Part shown: positions 1 to 12,806 of the stretch, in pieces
Layout of the letters: each line of letters starts with the position of its first letter
Position numbering within the stretch: position 1 is the first letter of the stretch
Source: Octopus vulgaris
Lineage: Eukaryota
NCBI GenBank assembly: GCA_951406725.2
Contig: OX597827.1
Coordinates: 75,640,001-75,704,000 of the forward strand
Reading direction: 5' to 3'
Length of the DNA: 64,000 bases
Notes under the pieces: generated by a model
Databases searched by the model: none
Seen by the model: only the letters and a program-made list of their open reading frames with translations
Told to the model about the DNA's origin: nothing
Translations under genes and position numbers: made by a program

Positions 1-81
1 GGCCTGGATCTGGTCAGTTTGAACATAAAACAGATTAAATATTTTAGCCGGATATGGCCGGTTTAAATACTAAAGGGTTAA
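1..81 (+). mobile_element. Right end of a piggyBac-like MITE (family P1), cut by the window edge
   Basis: Ends ...TACTAAAGGGTTAA and aligns with the 3' part of the full copy at 16837-17063. Confidence 0.7.
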
Positions 82-1033
82 GCATGTGCTTATTTTTGTT
101 AATGGTTAATCCAGCACTGAAGACTACATACAAAATAAAAAAAAAAAACAGGTCAACTGACGAATCGGCACGAAAAAAATTCACCAACTCACTCCAGCCT
201 CTGACCCACACATACATGCTCCATTCTGCCTTTTTTACTGCTACTTTTGTGGAATGGGCTACAGGTGTGATCAGGAGAGTTTGAATGTATGATAGTATGT
301 GTGGTGTGTGTTGTGTGCAGGGAATGGTAGTGAGATTGAAGAGTTTTAACTAATAATAGAAAACAAAAACAGCCCTCAACTAGATTGAGGTGGCGAGACT
401 TAGTATATCAGTAGTCCTTGATCTGTTTTACCAACAAATTACAATCAATTCACCTGATAAACCTAAGGTAGTTCACACAAGGATCTCATCAAATCAGTCC
501 TTCAGGTCATGTGAAAACAAAGATGAAAATTCTTTCTCTTGGAGAAGTTTTGTACATGCCTCCACCACACCACCCTATGCCTCCGCTCACTGTCTCACGC
601 TGGTTCTAAACAAACCACCTGAATATTCATTTCCCTTTCCTGGGACACACTCACACAATTTAGCTTCTACATTTTACCAGCTGAATAACAACAGTGAAGC
701 TCCCTCATGGAGTGTTTGTATTTATCCTGGCTCATTGAACTGGGTAGGATCAAATGACCAGTTCAGACTCAGTTAAGTACTTTAAGGAGACATGAACCAT
801 AATTCTTCATGAGCTAGAGGTCCAATAATGTATCTACCCTCTCACCATATCAAAACATAGTTGTGGTTGTTGTTATTGCTGATGTTGCAGCTACTGTTGT
901 TGTTGATCCCCATCTCAATTCTGACACAGCATCTGATCAAATGGAGTCTAGTTATGCTTTAACCCATCTTTATTTTATTCATAATCTATCTGGGGCTGCA
1001 TTATCTAATATTAGTGTAGTTGCTACAGTTTAG

Positions 1034-1560
1034 GGAAATACTTCCACCCGTCCATCCACCCCGCCCCCCATTTTCTCCAAATTTCTTCTTTTTTTTTCCA
1101 AAAATCCCCGTTTTCGGATACGGAGGTTTGGGAAAATTGCCAAAAATCGGCATTGTGAAAATTTACATCACCCCCTTTCCCCTGCAACTTCTTCAATTTT
1201 GGCTTTTTTCCGCAACACTAACCCTAAAACCCTAACTGAAAGTACAGAAATGTTTTGAAATTTTTGTCCGAATCTTGATGTCCGTATTTTTTCGCACAAT
1301 TAAAAAAGAAAAAAAATTCTTAATAAAAAAATTTTACAAAGATTTTGGGAAATTTTTTTCAGAATCATAATCTCCGTATTTTTCCGCATATTTTAAGTAA
1401 AGAAAAAATTCTGAAAAAAAGTTTAAAATGAAGGAAGTGGGGGTGGGAGGTGGAAATTTAGAAATGTCGGTTTTTGCCAATTTTTTGGCAGATTCGTATT
1501 CCCCGTAGCCGAAAAAAATTTTTTTAAAGGGTGGTTGGAGGGGCAGACGGAAGTCTTGCC
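1034..1560. mobile_element. Non-autonomous fold-back DNA transposon with 8-bp TSD
   Basis: Termini GGAAATACTTCC and GGAAGTCTTGCC are imperfect inverted repeats. CAGTTTAG is duplicated exactly at 1026-1033 and 1561-1568. Long imperfect inverted arms and internal direct repeats. Confidence 0.7.
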
Positions 1561-1713
1561 CAGTTTAGTTTATAATTACGAGCTACATTATTCAATAAAT
1601 CTTTCCTTTTTCTAAGACAGTTAAACGTAATTTGAAAGAGATTTGATTATCTCTCAGTAAAAGAAGCTTCTCTCGCTAATTATGTAAAGATAGATACTTT
1701 ATAACTCAATGTA

Positions 1714-2035
1714 CCTTGGGCAAGCGTCTTCTACTATAGCATCGGGCCGACCAAAGCCTTGTGAGTGGATTTGGTAGACGGAAACTGGAAGAAGCCCGTC
1801 GTATATATGTATATATATATATATGCGTGTGTGTGTGTGTTTGTCCCCCTTGTATTGCTTGACAACCGATGCTGGTGTGTTTATGTCCCCGTTACTTAGC
1901 GGTTCGGCAAAAGAGACCGATAGAATAAGTACTGGGCTTACAAAAGAATAAGTCCCGGGGTCGAGTTGCTCGATTAAAGGCGGTGCTCCAGCATGGCCGC
2001 AGTCAAATGACTGAAACAAGTAAAAGGGTAAGAGT
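1714..2035 (+). mobile_element. SINE family A, 5'-truncated
   Basis: Matches the full copy at 32165-32570, including the internal (TA)n(TG)n and the ...GACTGAAACAAGTAAAAG tail. Confidence 0.85.
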
Positions 2036-2287
2036 ATGTGAAATAGCTATTCTATTAAAGTTACCTCGCTTGAATTAAAATGTGTGCGCGCGTACGCGTA
2101 TGGTGTGTGAGCGCGTATACACTCGTGGGTTCAAATATTGCCTGTCTTCCTTTCTTGGAGGTTGAGAAAACAGTGTCAATCAATGCTAAGATATGTTTGC
2201 CTGATTCTACACTCAACCAGTGTTAGAAATGATAGTTTTCGTCGTTGTCATCCTCACCCGTCATCGATGTATACAGCGTTATTATCT

Positions 2288-2437
2288 ATTTCTTTACTAC
2301 CCACAAGGGGCTAAACACAGAGGGGACAAACAAGGACAGACAAAGGGATTAAGTCGATTACATCGACCCCAGTGCGTAACTGGTACTTAATTCATCGACC
2401 CGACCCCGAAAGGATGAAAGGCAAAGTCGACCTCGGA
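2288..2437 (-). mobile_element. SINE family B, 3' part
   Basis: Reverse complement of the GTCGACTTTGCCTTTCATCCTTTCGGGGTCGAT...AAAGAAATA segment of the copy at 12807-13036. Confidence 0.85.
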
Positions 2438-2640
2438 TACAGCGTTATTATCAATGAGTTCAAGAAAGCTAATCTGTGAGGTAAAAAAAAAAAAAAAAAA
2501 ACATTATAGTACGACCACTGAAACCCGTTACGGTTAGTGTCGTGCCATGAGAAGTTGTGAGCTCCGATGGTTCTTCGAAGAAGCCAGATATTGTCTTCAG
2601 CATCTGTACTCACTTCCCTTATAGGTGTAGAACATTTCAT

Positions 2641-2933
2641 GGTACGCCGTCGGTTTCGACGACGAGGGTTCCAGTTGATCCGGTCGACGGAACAGCCTGC
2701 TCGTGAAATCAACAAGTGGCTGAGCATTCCACAGACACGAGTACCCTTAACGTAATTCTCTGGGAGATTCAGTGTAGCCAGCTGAATGAGCTGGAGCAAC
2801 GTGAAATAAAGTGTCTTGCTCAAGGACACAACGCGCCGCCGAGAGTAGACCCTACGAGTGTAAACCAAATAGGATCTTCTGCGATTGAAACTGAATAGAG
2901 CTACCGCTATTCTAACCGCTAAACCACACGCCT
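2641..2933 (-). mobile_element. SINE with family C tail 1 and a different 5' body
   Basis: 2641-2772 aligns with 29128-29260. The remainder (minus strand GTGTCCTTGAGCAAGACACTTTATTTCACGTTGCTCCAG) is a different SINE body with a degenerate head. Confidence 0.65.
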
Positions 2934-4589
2934 TATATATAGAACCTTTACCTGATCGTATAAGTTCTTAAATTAGGAACATATGGGATCTAATATGTAT
3001 GGGGAGGAGAGGATTATTTTGTACGAAGTTAAACAATTCCTTTGATATTCACCGTTAATGTTGAAATTACTTTTATAAAACTGCCGGCCGTTAGAAACAC
3101 CAGATAACTAAGGCGGAGAGAATCGGTAGATTATCAGACAAAATGCGTTCAGTTGCCTCCTTTGGTGTTTTGAGTTCGAATTTCGTCTGTGACAAACACA
3201 CAAACACCAACATGTAAGTGCAGAAGCTTGTATGTGTATAATCTTATATCATAAAAGAGAAGCGTTATCTCCATTTGTCTGTCTATTACAACTTCTATCA
3301 GAGGAAAGGAAACAACGGGAGAAATTAAATTATAAGTCACGATGTATTTTTAGATGGAGGGGAAGAAAACATTGTTGCTGAGAAATACAATGTGTGAAAC
3401 ACGGAGAGAGGGAGGGAATATGTGTGTGGGTGCGAACCATAGTAACAAGTTTTGATTTAAAAAACGCAGGAATTTTAAGAACAAGTCAACACAATGCAAC
3501 ATAGCTTAAAAATAAGATTTCCATTATATAACAATGTAGGTATTTATTTATTTTTGGTTGCATGTGTGTTTGTCTTTCAACACAGACAATGTAGGACTTT
3601 CCTTTCACCATGACAAGAGAAATTCAGAGAGAGAGAGAAAGAGAGTGTGTGTGTGTGTGTGCAAAAGATAGAATTAAAATTTGGTTCATGATAAAAAGAT
3701 AAGTTGTTGAGAGAATCGATCCTTACATTGTGTTTTATTTACTTTGTTTAAAAAAATTATTTATTTTGTGTAAAAAAATTATTTATTTTGTGTTTTATTT
3801 ACTTTGCTAGGTAGTCGTTGTAGGATCGACTAGTCACGACTAGCTAGCGCGGATGCGCGACTACGCGAGTGCGCGCACCGGGACGACTCTTCTTAAATAG
3901 TACCATTGTTTCAATTTTCGGATACCAAAAACGACGAATTGCCTATTCTGCTATATCATCGGTTTGTATATTACGTTTCAAAGGAAATCGAAAATCATTT
4001 ATTTACAGAGAAAAGGGAGGAAGTATTTTCCTGAACTTAGACAACAAATAAATAACAAATGTGTTACTTATAAACGAAAAGTGAAAGTGGCATTTTTGTT
4101 TATTTTCAATTTTTTACATCTTAAACGGGGAATTCCCGCACAAGTGTGTCTCCACCCGATTTTTTCCCCTAAAACTTTCAGGAAAATAAATACATTTTAA
4201 CGAAATTTTCGACAAATTTCAGAAGCTGTAAATTCCGAAAATATAGGAATTTGTCGGGAAAAGTTTTTTTTACGGCGGGGATAAGGAGAGAAATTTCGAA
4301 AAATTCATACGAACCGACTTTTTTTCCTCGTAACTTTCAGAAAAATGGTTTTCAATGGAATTTTAAACAAACACGTTTCAAATGGCGTAGATTGCGATTA
4401 TAATGGAATTTCGAGTGGGGAATCCGTATGTCGACTTTCTTTCCTCACAACTTGCTGAAAATTGCGTATTTTTTAGCGAAATTTTCTGCAAATACCTTTC
4501 AGATGTTGAAGATTACAATTATATCGGAATTGTCGTGAAAAAAAATCGAGGGAGGGCGGATATTTCACGCACCTCTTTGCTTTCCCAAC

Positions 4590-4820
4590 CATATCGCTTT
4601 GGGTTCAGTCTTAAGGAATGGTACTCGAGCAAGTGTCTCCTACTACAGCCAACACCGCTTGGCAACCGGTTGTGGTTTGTTTACACCCCCGTACTTTAGC
4701 CGTTTGGCGAAAGTGAATAGAATAAATGCCAGATTTTAATAAAATAAGTACGGGGGTCGATTTGTTTGACTAAAAGGCGGTGTCCCCCGTATGGCCACAG
4801 TCCGATGACCGGAACAATTA
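4590..4820 (+). mobile_element. Degenerate, internally deleted SINE family A
   Basis: GGGTTCAGTC, GCAAGTGTC, GTTTACACCCCCGTA and GACTAAAAGGCGGTG occur in family A order. Confidence 0.6.
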
Positions 4821-6819
4821 AAACATAACACATACTAACATATTTTAAAAAAATATATATCAGAGATGAATTGGTCCGTATGGGTGTTTTTGATATGCTA
4901 CAAGGCCTTAGAACATAGCCATGTGGTCCCTGCTATTTCAAGCATGTGAAAGGACTGCGTAAAGGAGGGATTAATTTTGAGTTTGTTGAAAAGGGGTTAA
5001 GTCTGAAATAAAATAATAAAACAAATACGTATTCAAAAATTAGTATTAGCATTGTACTTACCTTTTTACAAAGATTTCCTGAGTAAAATGAGGGAAGTAA
5101 CCGTGTTTTTTTTCCTACCAAAACTTGGAATTTTGAAAAAATATAATTTATAGTATAACAGATCTGCACTACAAATTGTATTCTTATTTCACCTTTAAAC
5201 AATGTTCTTGATGGTATGAAATCCAAATTTTTTGCTATGAACACATACAAGTGTATGTGTTCATAGCAAAACGAAGTAAAAAGAAAATGACTGTTGAATG
5301 TAAAAGTGTTGTTTTTATACCTGAAAGTGGGTTGTTGTTTTTGTTTGTTTTTTTTCCGCCAAAGTGAAACTCGAAATTTTGAAAGAAATATGAGCCATGC
5401 ATAAGAGTTGTATATGTTCGAAATGTATATTGCTCAGCTATTTGAACAAATGAATTTTCAAACTTTCTACTTGTGTTACAGGAAGTGCACTTGTAAATAC
5501 TGCCGGAAACAATTTTCATTAAAAAAGGAGTCGATTTTTTTTGGGGGGGGGAAACAGCCACCTTTCATTTTCCTGAAAGTTAATAAGGAAAGATAGGTTT
5601 TTCAAAGATCTTCTTCTCACCCCTTCACTTTCTAGAAAAGTACCTCCACCAATACTCGTTTGTAGATAATTTCGTTTTCTAGAAAAACACTACACCTTTT
5701 TTATTTGCTAAGGAAAGCATTTTCATCTTGACTTTTGACATGGAACAGATGCAAGACAACAAAGAATGTTGCAATTTTTTGTCATTTTTATGTTTCCTTT
5801 TTACGCTGTTACAAATTTTTTGGCAGTACAAAAAAGGAAATCCCCCTCTTTAAATATAAACTACCTTCCAGGACAAAACTGAAAGTGCTTTACTGGACAA
5901 AAGAAATCAGTTATTTTTAATTTTTTTTAATTCACAGATCTTGTTTATCTGCTATCTTTTATCAAAATCCATCATAGGATAAGGCAAATATCTTTTGCAC
6001 TACAAATTGTATTCTCACTTCACATTTAAACAATCGTGATGGTACAAAATTAAATACTTGATGTGGCAGTGCAGGTGTAACGATTCTATGCACCAAATAA
6101 ACGACAGGAGAAAAGCATTAGTTTATATGGCCTTTATTTTATCATTACAATATAAGAAGCAATTTTTTCAAGTTGTTGTTGTACAAAGATTATCTGCAAT
6201 CCTGTTATCACTTCTGTATATAATTGAGTTCGTCTTTTGTGGACTGCTAAAAGAGGGATTGAAGAAGGAGAAAGAAAGAGTAAAAGAATTTATTTGTTTG
6301 TGTTGACAAGTAGAGAGGGTGTAACTTGTGTAGTCCCACAGTGACAAATCATGACTGAACTGCTCCTTTGTGTAGAGGCCGGGCAAAGAAGCAGAACTGG
6401 GTTTGGGTACTGTATTTATACATGTTGGAAAGCTGTAGGTTGGAGAAGAATGGAAAGTAAATGAATTTATCTCTGTTGGACTGACCAACTGGAATTTGGT
6501 AGATTGGAAACTGTGTGGAAGCCAGTTGTGTACACATTTGTGTGTGTGTGTGCATGAAAATTACAGAGTTATAGCCCAATTGATTAGGAATAGAAGTGCT
6601 AGAGAGACCACTGGAAGAGAAGTATCTAGCCAAAAGTAAATCATAATATTTGGCATTCATCAATGTGGGCAAAGCTTTTGACAGAGATGATCTTTCTCTG
6701 TTATCAGATATCTCTAATGAAGTGGGGAGTAGATGAGTGGCTTCTTAGAACCATAGGGTGAATGCCAAGCAGTACAGCATGTCATTTCCGAATTTCTGGC
6801 AGAGTGAATGGCATCATGG

Positions 6820-6962
6820 AGCTGTACTCTTTCACCACTCTTTCTTCTGTTGGCCTGCTCGCTTAGCCAGCGGGGTGGTGTCATTCAAAGGCTAAAATAA
6901 TGCAAACGCATTGTGACCAGCGATGTGTAACAACATCTGATGGTCTGGTCAGTCATGTGATC
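6820..6962 (+). mobile_element. SINE family C fragment with tail 3
   Basis: CTGTACTCTTTCACCACTCTTTCTTCTG matches the family C body. The following GGCCTGCTCGCTTAGCCAGC... tail recurs at 25938-26050. Confidence 0.65.
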
Positions 6963-6978
6963 ATATATATATATATAT

Positions 6979-7653
6979 AGGGTCATCTCATAAATAATGC
7001 GTTTTTTTTATACTTCTTTTCGTTTTTCAAAATTAAGATAAACAAAGTCCTTTTTGAATCTAAAATATACTCTCCTCCATTTTCTACAATGCTCTTCCAT
7101 CCATCTGGCAGACTCGCAAGGACCCTCTTCCAAAATTCACATATCCGCGATGAAAAATTCTCCTCCAATACTATTCTGACCATGTCTACAGCATTCATAT
7201 GATAATCAGATGGGGGAATGTCTGGTGAATATGGAGAGAGAGGCATCATTTCCCATTCAAACAGCTCCAACTTTTGGAATGTTATCCTCACTGTATGTGA
7301 CCGAGTATGATCCTGATGGAAGAACACCTTTTGCCTTGAAACCAAAGATGGTCGTTTTTCTTCTTGCACTGACTCAAGCTGCTCACAGTAAATCTCCTTT
7401 GTTATTGTTTGGTTTTGGTTTAAAAGTTGAAAGTGGACTAAACATTTTATATCCCACCAAACAGGTAGCAACACCTTTATGTAGGTGAAAACCTTCTTTA
7501 ACCTGAGATGCACTTAAAAGCTTGCACTACGAAGAAGGACAAGGTAAAATTACTACCTGCTTTCATAGCAAGTTGCTGCGGGTAGTTTATCCAGTCCCCC
7601 TCCAACTTTTAGTTCATGCAGTTGAAAAAACCACATTATTTGTGGGATGACTA
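6979..7653 (-). mobile_element. Internally deleted mariner (Tc1/mariner) transposon with both TIRs
   Basis: TIRs GGGTCATCTCATAAATAATGCG and CCACATTATTTGTGGGATGAC. ORF 6983-7513 has mariner motifs VWWD, FHQDH (for HDNA) and PYSPDIPPSDYH. Confidence 0.9.
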
Positions 7654-7693
7654 CACACACACATATATATGTGTTTATATATGCTTATATATG

Positions 7694-7924
7694 TATTTCT
7701 TTACTACCCACAAGGGGCTAAACATAGAGGGGAGAAACAAGGACAGACAAAGGGATTAAGTCGATTACATAGACCCCAGTGCGAAACTGGTACTTTATTT
7801 ATCGACCCAGAAAGGATGAAAGGCAAAGTCGACCTCGGCGGAATTTGAACTCAGAACGTAACGGCAGACGAAAAACAGCTACGCATTTCGCCCGGCATGC
7901 TAACATTTCTGCCAGCTCGCCGCC
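7694..7924 (-). mobile_element. SINE family B, full length
   Basis: tRNA-like head GGCGGCGAGCTGGCAGAA with B-box GTTCAAATTCC, core GCCTTTCATCCTTTC and AAAGAAATA tail. Confidence 0.9.
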
Positions 7925-8019
7925 TTATATATATGCTTATATATGTGTGTGTGCATGTGTTCATATATGTATATGCATGTTTGCGTGATGCATGATTGCT
8001 CCTAAGCAGAAAGACCCCC

Positions 8020-10123
8020 CCTCCCACCTAGCATAGATTAGTCAATAGTAACTTTAGACTCCAGGCCAGAACGATACCAAGACATAAAGCAATCTGGAAA
8101 AGAAAGATTTGGAAGATTAAGGACCCTTCATATGATCAGAGATTTAGGAACATCCTAATTCAGAAATTCGATGAAAGGGAGGAGGAGGAGGAGCTAAAGA
8201 CTTGTGAGAAAGAGGGCAACTGGGAATTGTTGAGGGGACAGTTTGCTGAGTGCCACAGACCCAATCTGTGGCTGATGCAAAGTTCTATCCAGACCTAAGG
8301 TAACGCGGTGGAGGAACAATGCAGTAGACAGGGCCATTAGAGTTAAGAAACAGGTCTGGAAGAATGGGGGTAATAGGGCACTGTATCAGATTGCCAGAAG
8401 GGATGCTGGGAGACAAGTATATCTAGCCAAGATAGATAGGGAGAAGCAGAAAAGAAGAAGTTTGCCTATGTTCAGCGATTTGAGGACCAAAGAACTGAAG
8501 TCTTTTGGTTTGCGAGACAGTATGTGAGAGAAAATCATATCATAGAGAGAAATGTGTCCGTATGGATGATGGTCCACTTGCATGTAATGATTCTGCAAAG
8601 AAAGAGGCTCAGAAGCACTATTTTGAAAGATTTCTGAATGTGGAGAATGAATGGGAGGAGGAGAGTCTGCAAAATGTTGACCCATTTGAGGGGCCAGGTA
8701 GCCAAATCGATAAAGCAATTAAGGACATGAAGACAGGGAAAGCCCCTCATCCCCTCAGGAATCACTACTGAGCTGCTTAAAATATCTGGCGGTGAGGTTT
8801 ATGGTCTAGTCACCCATATTGTAAATCAAATAGTTCTCAAAGGAGTCATACCCATTGACTGGTGTAGCAGCACTATAGTCAACTGCTACAAAGGTAAAGG
8901 TGATGCCTTAGAAAGAAATAATTACAGATGTATCAAATTGCTAGATCAGGTGATGAAAGTTATGGAGAGAGTCATAGCCCAACTAATTAGGGAAAGAATT
9001 TGCTTAGATGAGATGCAGTTTGGTTTTGTGCCAGAGAGAGGCACCACTGATACTATATTTCTAGTGAGGCAGTGGAGGGACCAGCTATCCGAATATACAG
9101 CTCCCTGGTAGATAAAGCAATTAAAGGTATGAAGCCAGGAAAAGCCCCCAGCTGTACAGGCCCTTTACAGAGAGGCCGTTAGTAAGGTTAGGATTGGCAA
9201 TGAGTATAGTGAAGAATTCTGGGGAGAAGTAGGCGTCCACCAAGGATCATTCCTCCGTCCCCAGGCAATAACAGAGAAATTCAAAACAGGTTGCCCCTGG
9301 GAGCTCCTCTATGCTGGTCCTCTTAGCAGAATCACTACCAGAACTAGAGAAGAAATTTCAGGTGTGAAAGCAAGGTTTAGAATCAAAAGGCCTTAGAGTC
9401 AATGTAGCAAAGACCAAAATTCTAGTAAGTAGGAAGGTGAACTCATCACACACCCCCTCAGGAGAAATGTTGGACATAAGAAGCATTGGATGTGGCATGC
9501 AGGAGAGACGTTTGCACTAGTATGGTCATGTACTATGGATGGATGAGGAGAGATGTGTGAAGAAATGCCACTCCCAAACAGTTGAAGGAATCCAGAGTAG
9601 AGGTAGACATGGGATGAGGTGGTCAAGCAGAGGCAATGATGAAAGACTGAGACCTCTGGAGATATACTGTGACTGCAAAGACCCGGCAAATAAAGTGAGT
9701 TTATGGCTCACAGGACGGCATGCTGTGCTTACCTTGGATCGTAGGGCAACCTGCTGTGCTTGAGAAGACCTATTGAGTCAAGTACATCATCAAAATATGG
9801 AAATTGTAGTTGTGATACCCATGCCGGTGGCACGTAAAAGGCACCATCCGAACATGGCCGATGCCAGTGCCACCTTGACGGTGGCACATAAAAAGCAACA
9901 ACTGATCATAGACGTTTCCAGCCTCCTCTGTCCCCTGTGCCGGTGGCACGTAAAAAGCACCCACTACACTCATGGAGTGGTTGGCATTAGGAAGGGCATC
10001 CAGCTGTAGAAACACTGCCAGATTAGACTGGAGCCTGGTGCAGCCTCCTGGTTTCCCAGACCCCGATCGAACCGTCCAACCCATGCTAGCATGGAAAACG
10101 GATGTTAAACAATGATGATGATG
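8020..10123 (+). mobile_element. RTE-clade LINE, degenerate and rearranged, with 3' UTR and (GAT)n tail
   Basis: Fragments encode IDKAIKDMKTGKAP, YKGKGDALE, YRCIKLLD, MQFGF and GCPWELLYA. Ends CCAACCCATGCTAGCATGG...TTAAACAATGATGATG. Many stops and frameshifts. Confidence 0.85.
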
Positions 10124-11050
10124 CAGCTACAGGAGAAATACATAGCCTAATATAAATTTCTGTACTTGGCCTTTGTTGACTTGGAGAAAGCCTTTGACAG
10201 GGTCCCCTGATCCCTTATCTGGAAGTCAATGTGAAAACTAAGGTAGACAAGCGGTTGGTGAGAGCTGTACAAGCTATGTACAGAGATGCTACCAATGAGG
10301 GTTGGCAACAAGTACAGCAAAGAATTCAGGATGCATGTACAGGTGCACCAAGAATCAGGGCTCAATCCACTCTTGTTCATCATAGTCCTCCAAGCAATGA
10401 CAGAGGAATTCAAGAAAGGCTGTCCCTGGGAGATCCTCTATGCTGATGACCTTGCTCTTATAGCTGAATCACTATCTGAACTAGAGATAAAGGGAACCTG
10501 TGGTAGATGTAGACCCACAATGACATGAAATGAAGTGGTGAACTTTGAGCCTGAGAGAGGCAATGACGAGTGACCAAGATCTTTGGAGATGCACTGTGCT
10601 TGAAAGGACTCATCGAGCCAAGTGCACCCGTGCTGGTGGCATGTAAAGAACACCTTTCGAGTGTTGGCCACACGGAAGCAAAGTGGCTGAGTTCCTTTCA
10701 AGTGTTAGGCCTCACAGAGGCAATAAGTGAGACCTTTGGCATTATGTAGTGTTTGAGAAGACCTGTAAAGCCAAGCAAAATCACCGTTGTGGCAGATACC
10801 AGTGTCATGCAAGTTGGCACCTATGCTAGTGACATGTAAAGCACTCTGGTATCACACAAATAGTACCTGTGCTGGTGGCACATAAAGGCACACGTCACAA
10901 TCTCAGAGTAGGTAACATTAGGAAGGGTGTCCAGCCGTAGAAAACCATGCTAAATCAGACTGGAGTTTGGCACAGCTTTCCAACATGCCAGCGTCCCAAA
11001 CAAACCATCCAACCTATGCCAGCATGGACAACGAACATTAAATGATGATG
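10124..11050 (+). mobile_element. Second RTE LINE fragment (RT core plus 3' UTR)
   Basis: Encodes LYLAFVDLEKAFDRVP, VHQ-SGLNPLLF and CPWEILYADDLAL, followed by the same 3' end. Confidence 0.85.
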
Positions 11051-11136
11051 ATATATGCGTGTGTTTATGTATATATGTGTGTGTATATATATGTATACAT
11101 GTGTATATATACATATGTATATATATATATACATAT

Positions 11137-11750
11137 GGGAACCCGTGGAAGAGGTAGACCCAGGAAAACCTGGGACGAGGTGGTGAAGCACGACCTTCGA
11201 ACTTTAGGCCTCACTGAGGAAATGACCAGCGACCGAGACCTTTGGAAATATGCTGTACGTGAGAAGACCAGGTAGGACAAGTGAGCCCAGCCCACTTATG
11301 CATGCCTTTCCTCCCTTGGACACAAAGACCTGTTGAGGCAAGCAAAGTCGATATAGAACCTCATCCGACGACAGGCACCCATGCCAACCCCCTTTGCTTG
11401 CGAAGACATGTTGGGGCAACCGAAATCGAATTGAACCAGCCAGGATCCCTGGACTGGTGGTACGTAAAAAGCACTATCCGACTTGTGGCCGATGCCAGCA
11501 CCGCCTCGACTGGCTTCCGTGCCGGTGGCACGTAAAATGCACCAATCCGACAGTGGCCAGCCTCGCCTGGCACGTAAAAAGCACCCACTACACTCACGGA
11601 GTGGTTGGCGTTAGGAAGGGCATCCAGCTGTAGAAACATTGCCAGATAAGACTGGAGCCTGGTGCAGCCTTCTGGCTTCCCAGATCCCCGGTCGAACCAT
11701 CCAACCCATGCTAGCATGGAGAACGGACGTTAAACGATGATGATGATGAT
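11137..11750 (+). mobile_element. 5'-truncated RTE LINE 3' end
   Basis: Encodes RGRGRPRKTWDEVVKHDLRTLGLTEEMTSDRDLW, typical of an RTE ORF C-terminus, then hairpin-unit UTR and (GAT)n. Confidence 0.9.
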
Positions 11751-12173
11751 ATATGTATATGTGTGTGTTTATATATATATATATATACACATGTGTGTAT
11801 GTGCTTGTGTGTATACAGACATGCACATTCTGTATTATGGGAACAGGACTAGTTCTAACTTCACTAAAGTTGAACAAGTTACCATTTTCCCTAATTAGAT
11901 CAACATGTTTGCTCAAGAGCTTATAACCTCACCTCAATTATTTTTGATCCAGAGTCCACTGAAGCTTACCCAGCTCACTCAACTCCATTATTGAGCCTGT
12001 CCTCCTCACTTGGCCCATTTCTCCCAAAAATGATTGGCATCTGGAATTCCCTCCCTGCAGCCATTAACTATCCTCTTGTTGAAGACCATTGTGTCGATCT
12101 CACCAGTCTTTGAGGACTTGCAAAGACTTTGTGCAGAACCCTCTTCACCAAAGCAAAAAATATTTAAAAATTG

Positions 12174-12322
12174 GGAGTGGCTGTGTGGTAAGTAGCTTGC
12201 TAACCAGCCACATGGTTCCGGGTTCAGTCCCACTGCGTGTCTTCTGTTATAGCCTCGGGCCGACCAATGCCTTGTGAGTGGATATGGTAGACGGAAACTG
12301 AAAGAAGCCTGTCATATATATG

Positions 12323-12363
<41 letters not shown>

Positions 12364-12585
12364 GTGTGTATATGTTTGTGTGTCTGTGTTTGTCCCCCTA
12401 GCATTGCTTGACAACCAATGCTGGTGTGTTTACGTCCCCGTCACTTAGCGGTTCGGCAAAAGAGACCGATAGAATAAGTACTGGGCTTACAAAGAATAAG
12501 TCCCGGGATCGATTTGCTCGACTAAAAGCAGTGCTCCAGCATGGCCGCAGTCAAATGACTGAAACAAGTAAAAGAGTAAAAGAAT
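12174..12585 (+). mobile_element. SINE family A
   Basis: GGAGTGGCTGTGTGGTAAG (A-box-like), GGTTCAGTCCC (B-box-like), internal microsatellite and family tail. Confidence 0.9.
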
Positions 12586-12806
12586 ATGCAATATTGTGTG
12601 TTATGTTAACACCTTATACTGAAACGTTGTTGGTATACTATCACATCTGTAGAGAAATTAGTTTTCTTTTATCTTTTAGTCAAGAGGAAAGCATGCTCTG
12701 ATTCCATATAAAGCCTGCAAGATTGGTAAATGGGAGAGAGTTATCCTAAAACTGGAGATCTGGGTCAAATGCTTGCAACAGGGTAGATTCTACTGAAGGT
12801 AAGCAA

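Noticed and set aside
390-776. 128-aa ORF
   Set aside because: GTG start, no recognisable domain and no supporting splice structure.
1218-1236. Telomere-like ACCCTAAAACCCTAAC
   Set aside because: Only two imperfect units, inside a transposon; not an interstitial telomeric array.
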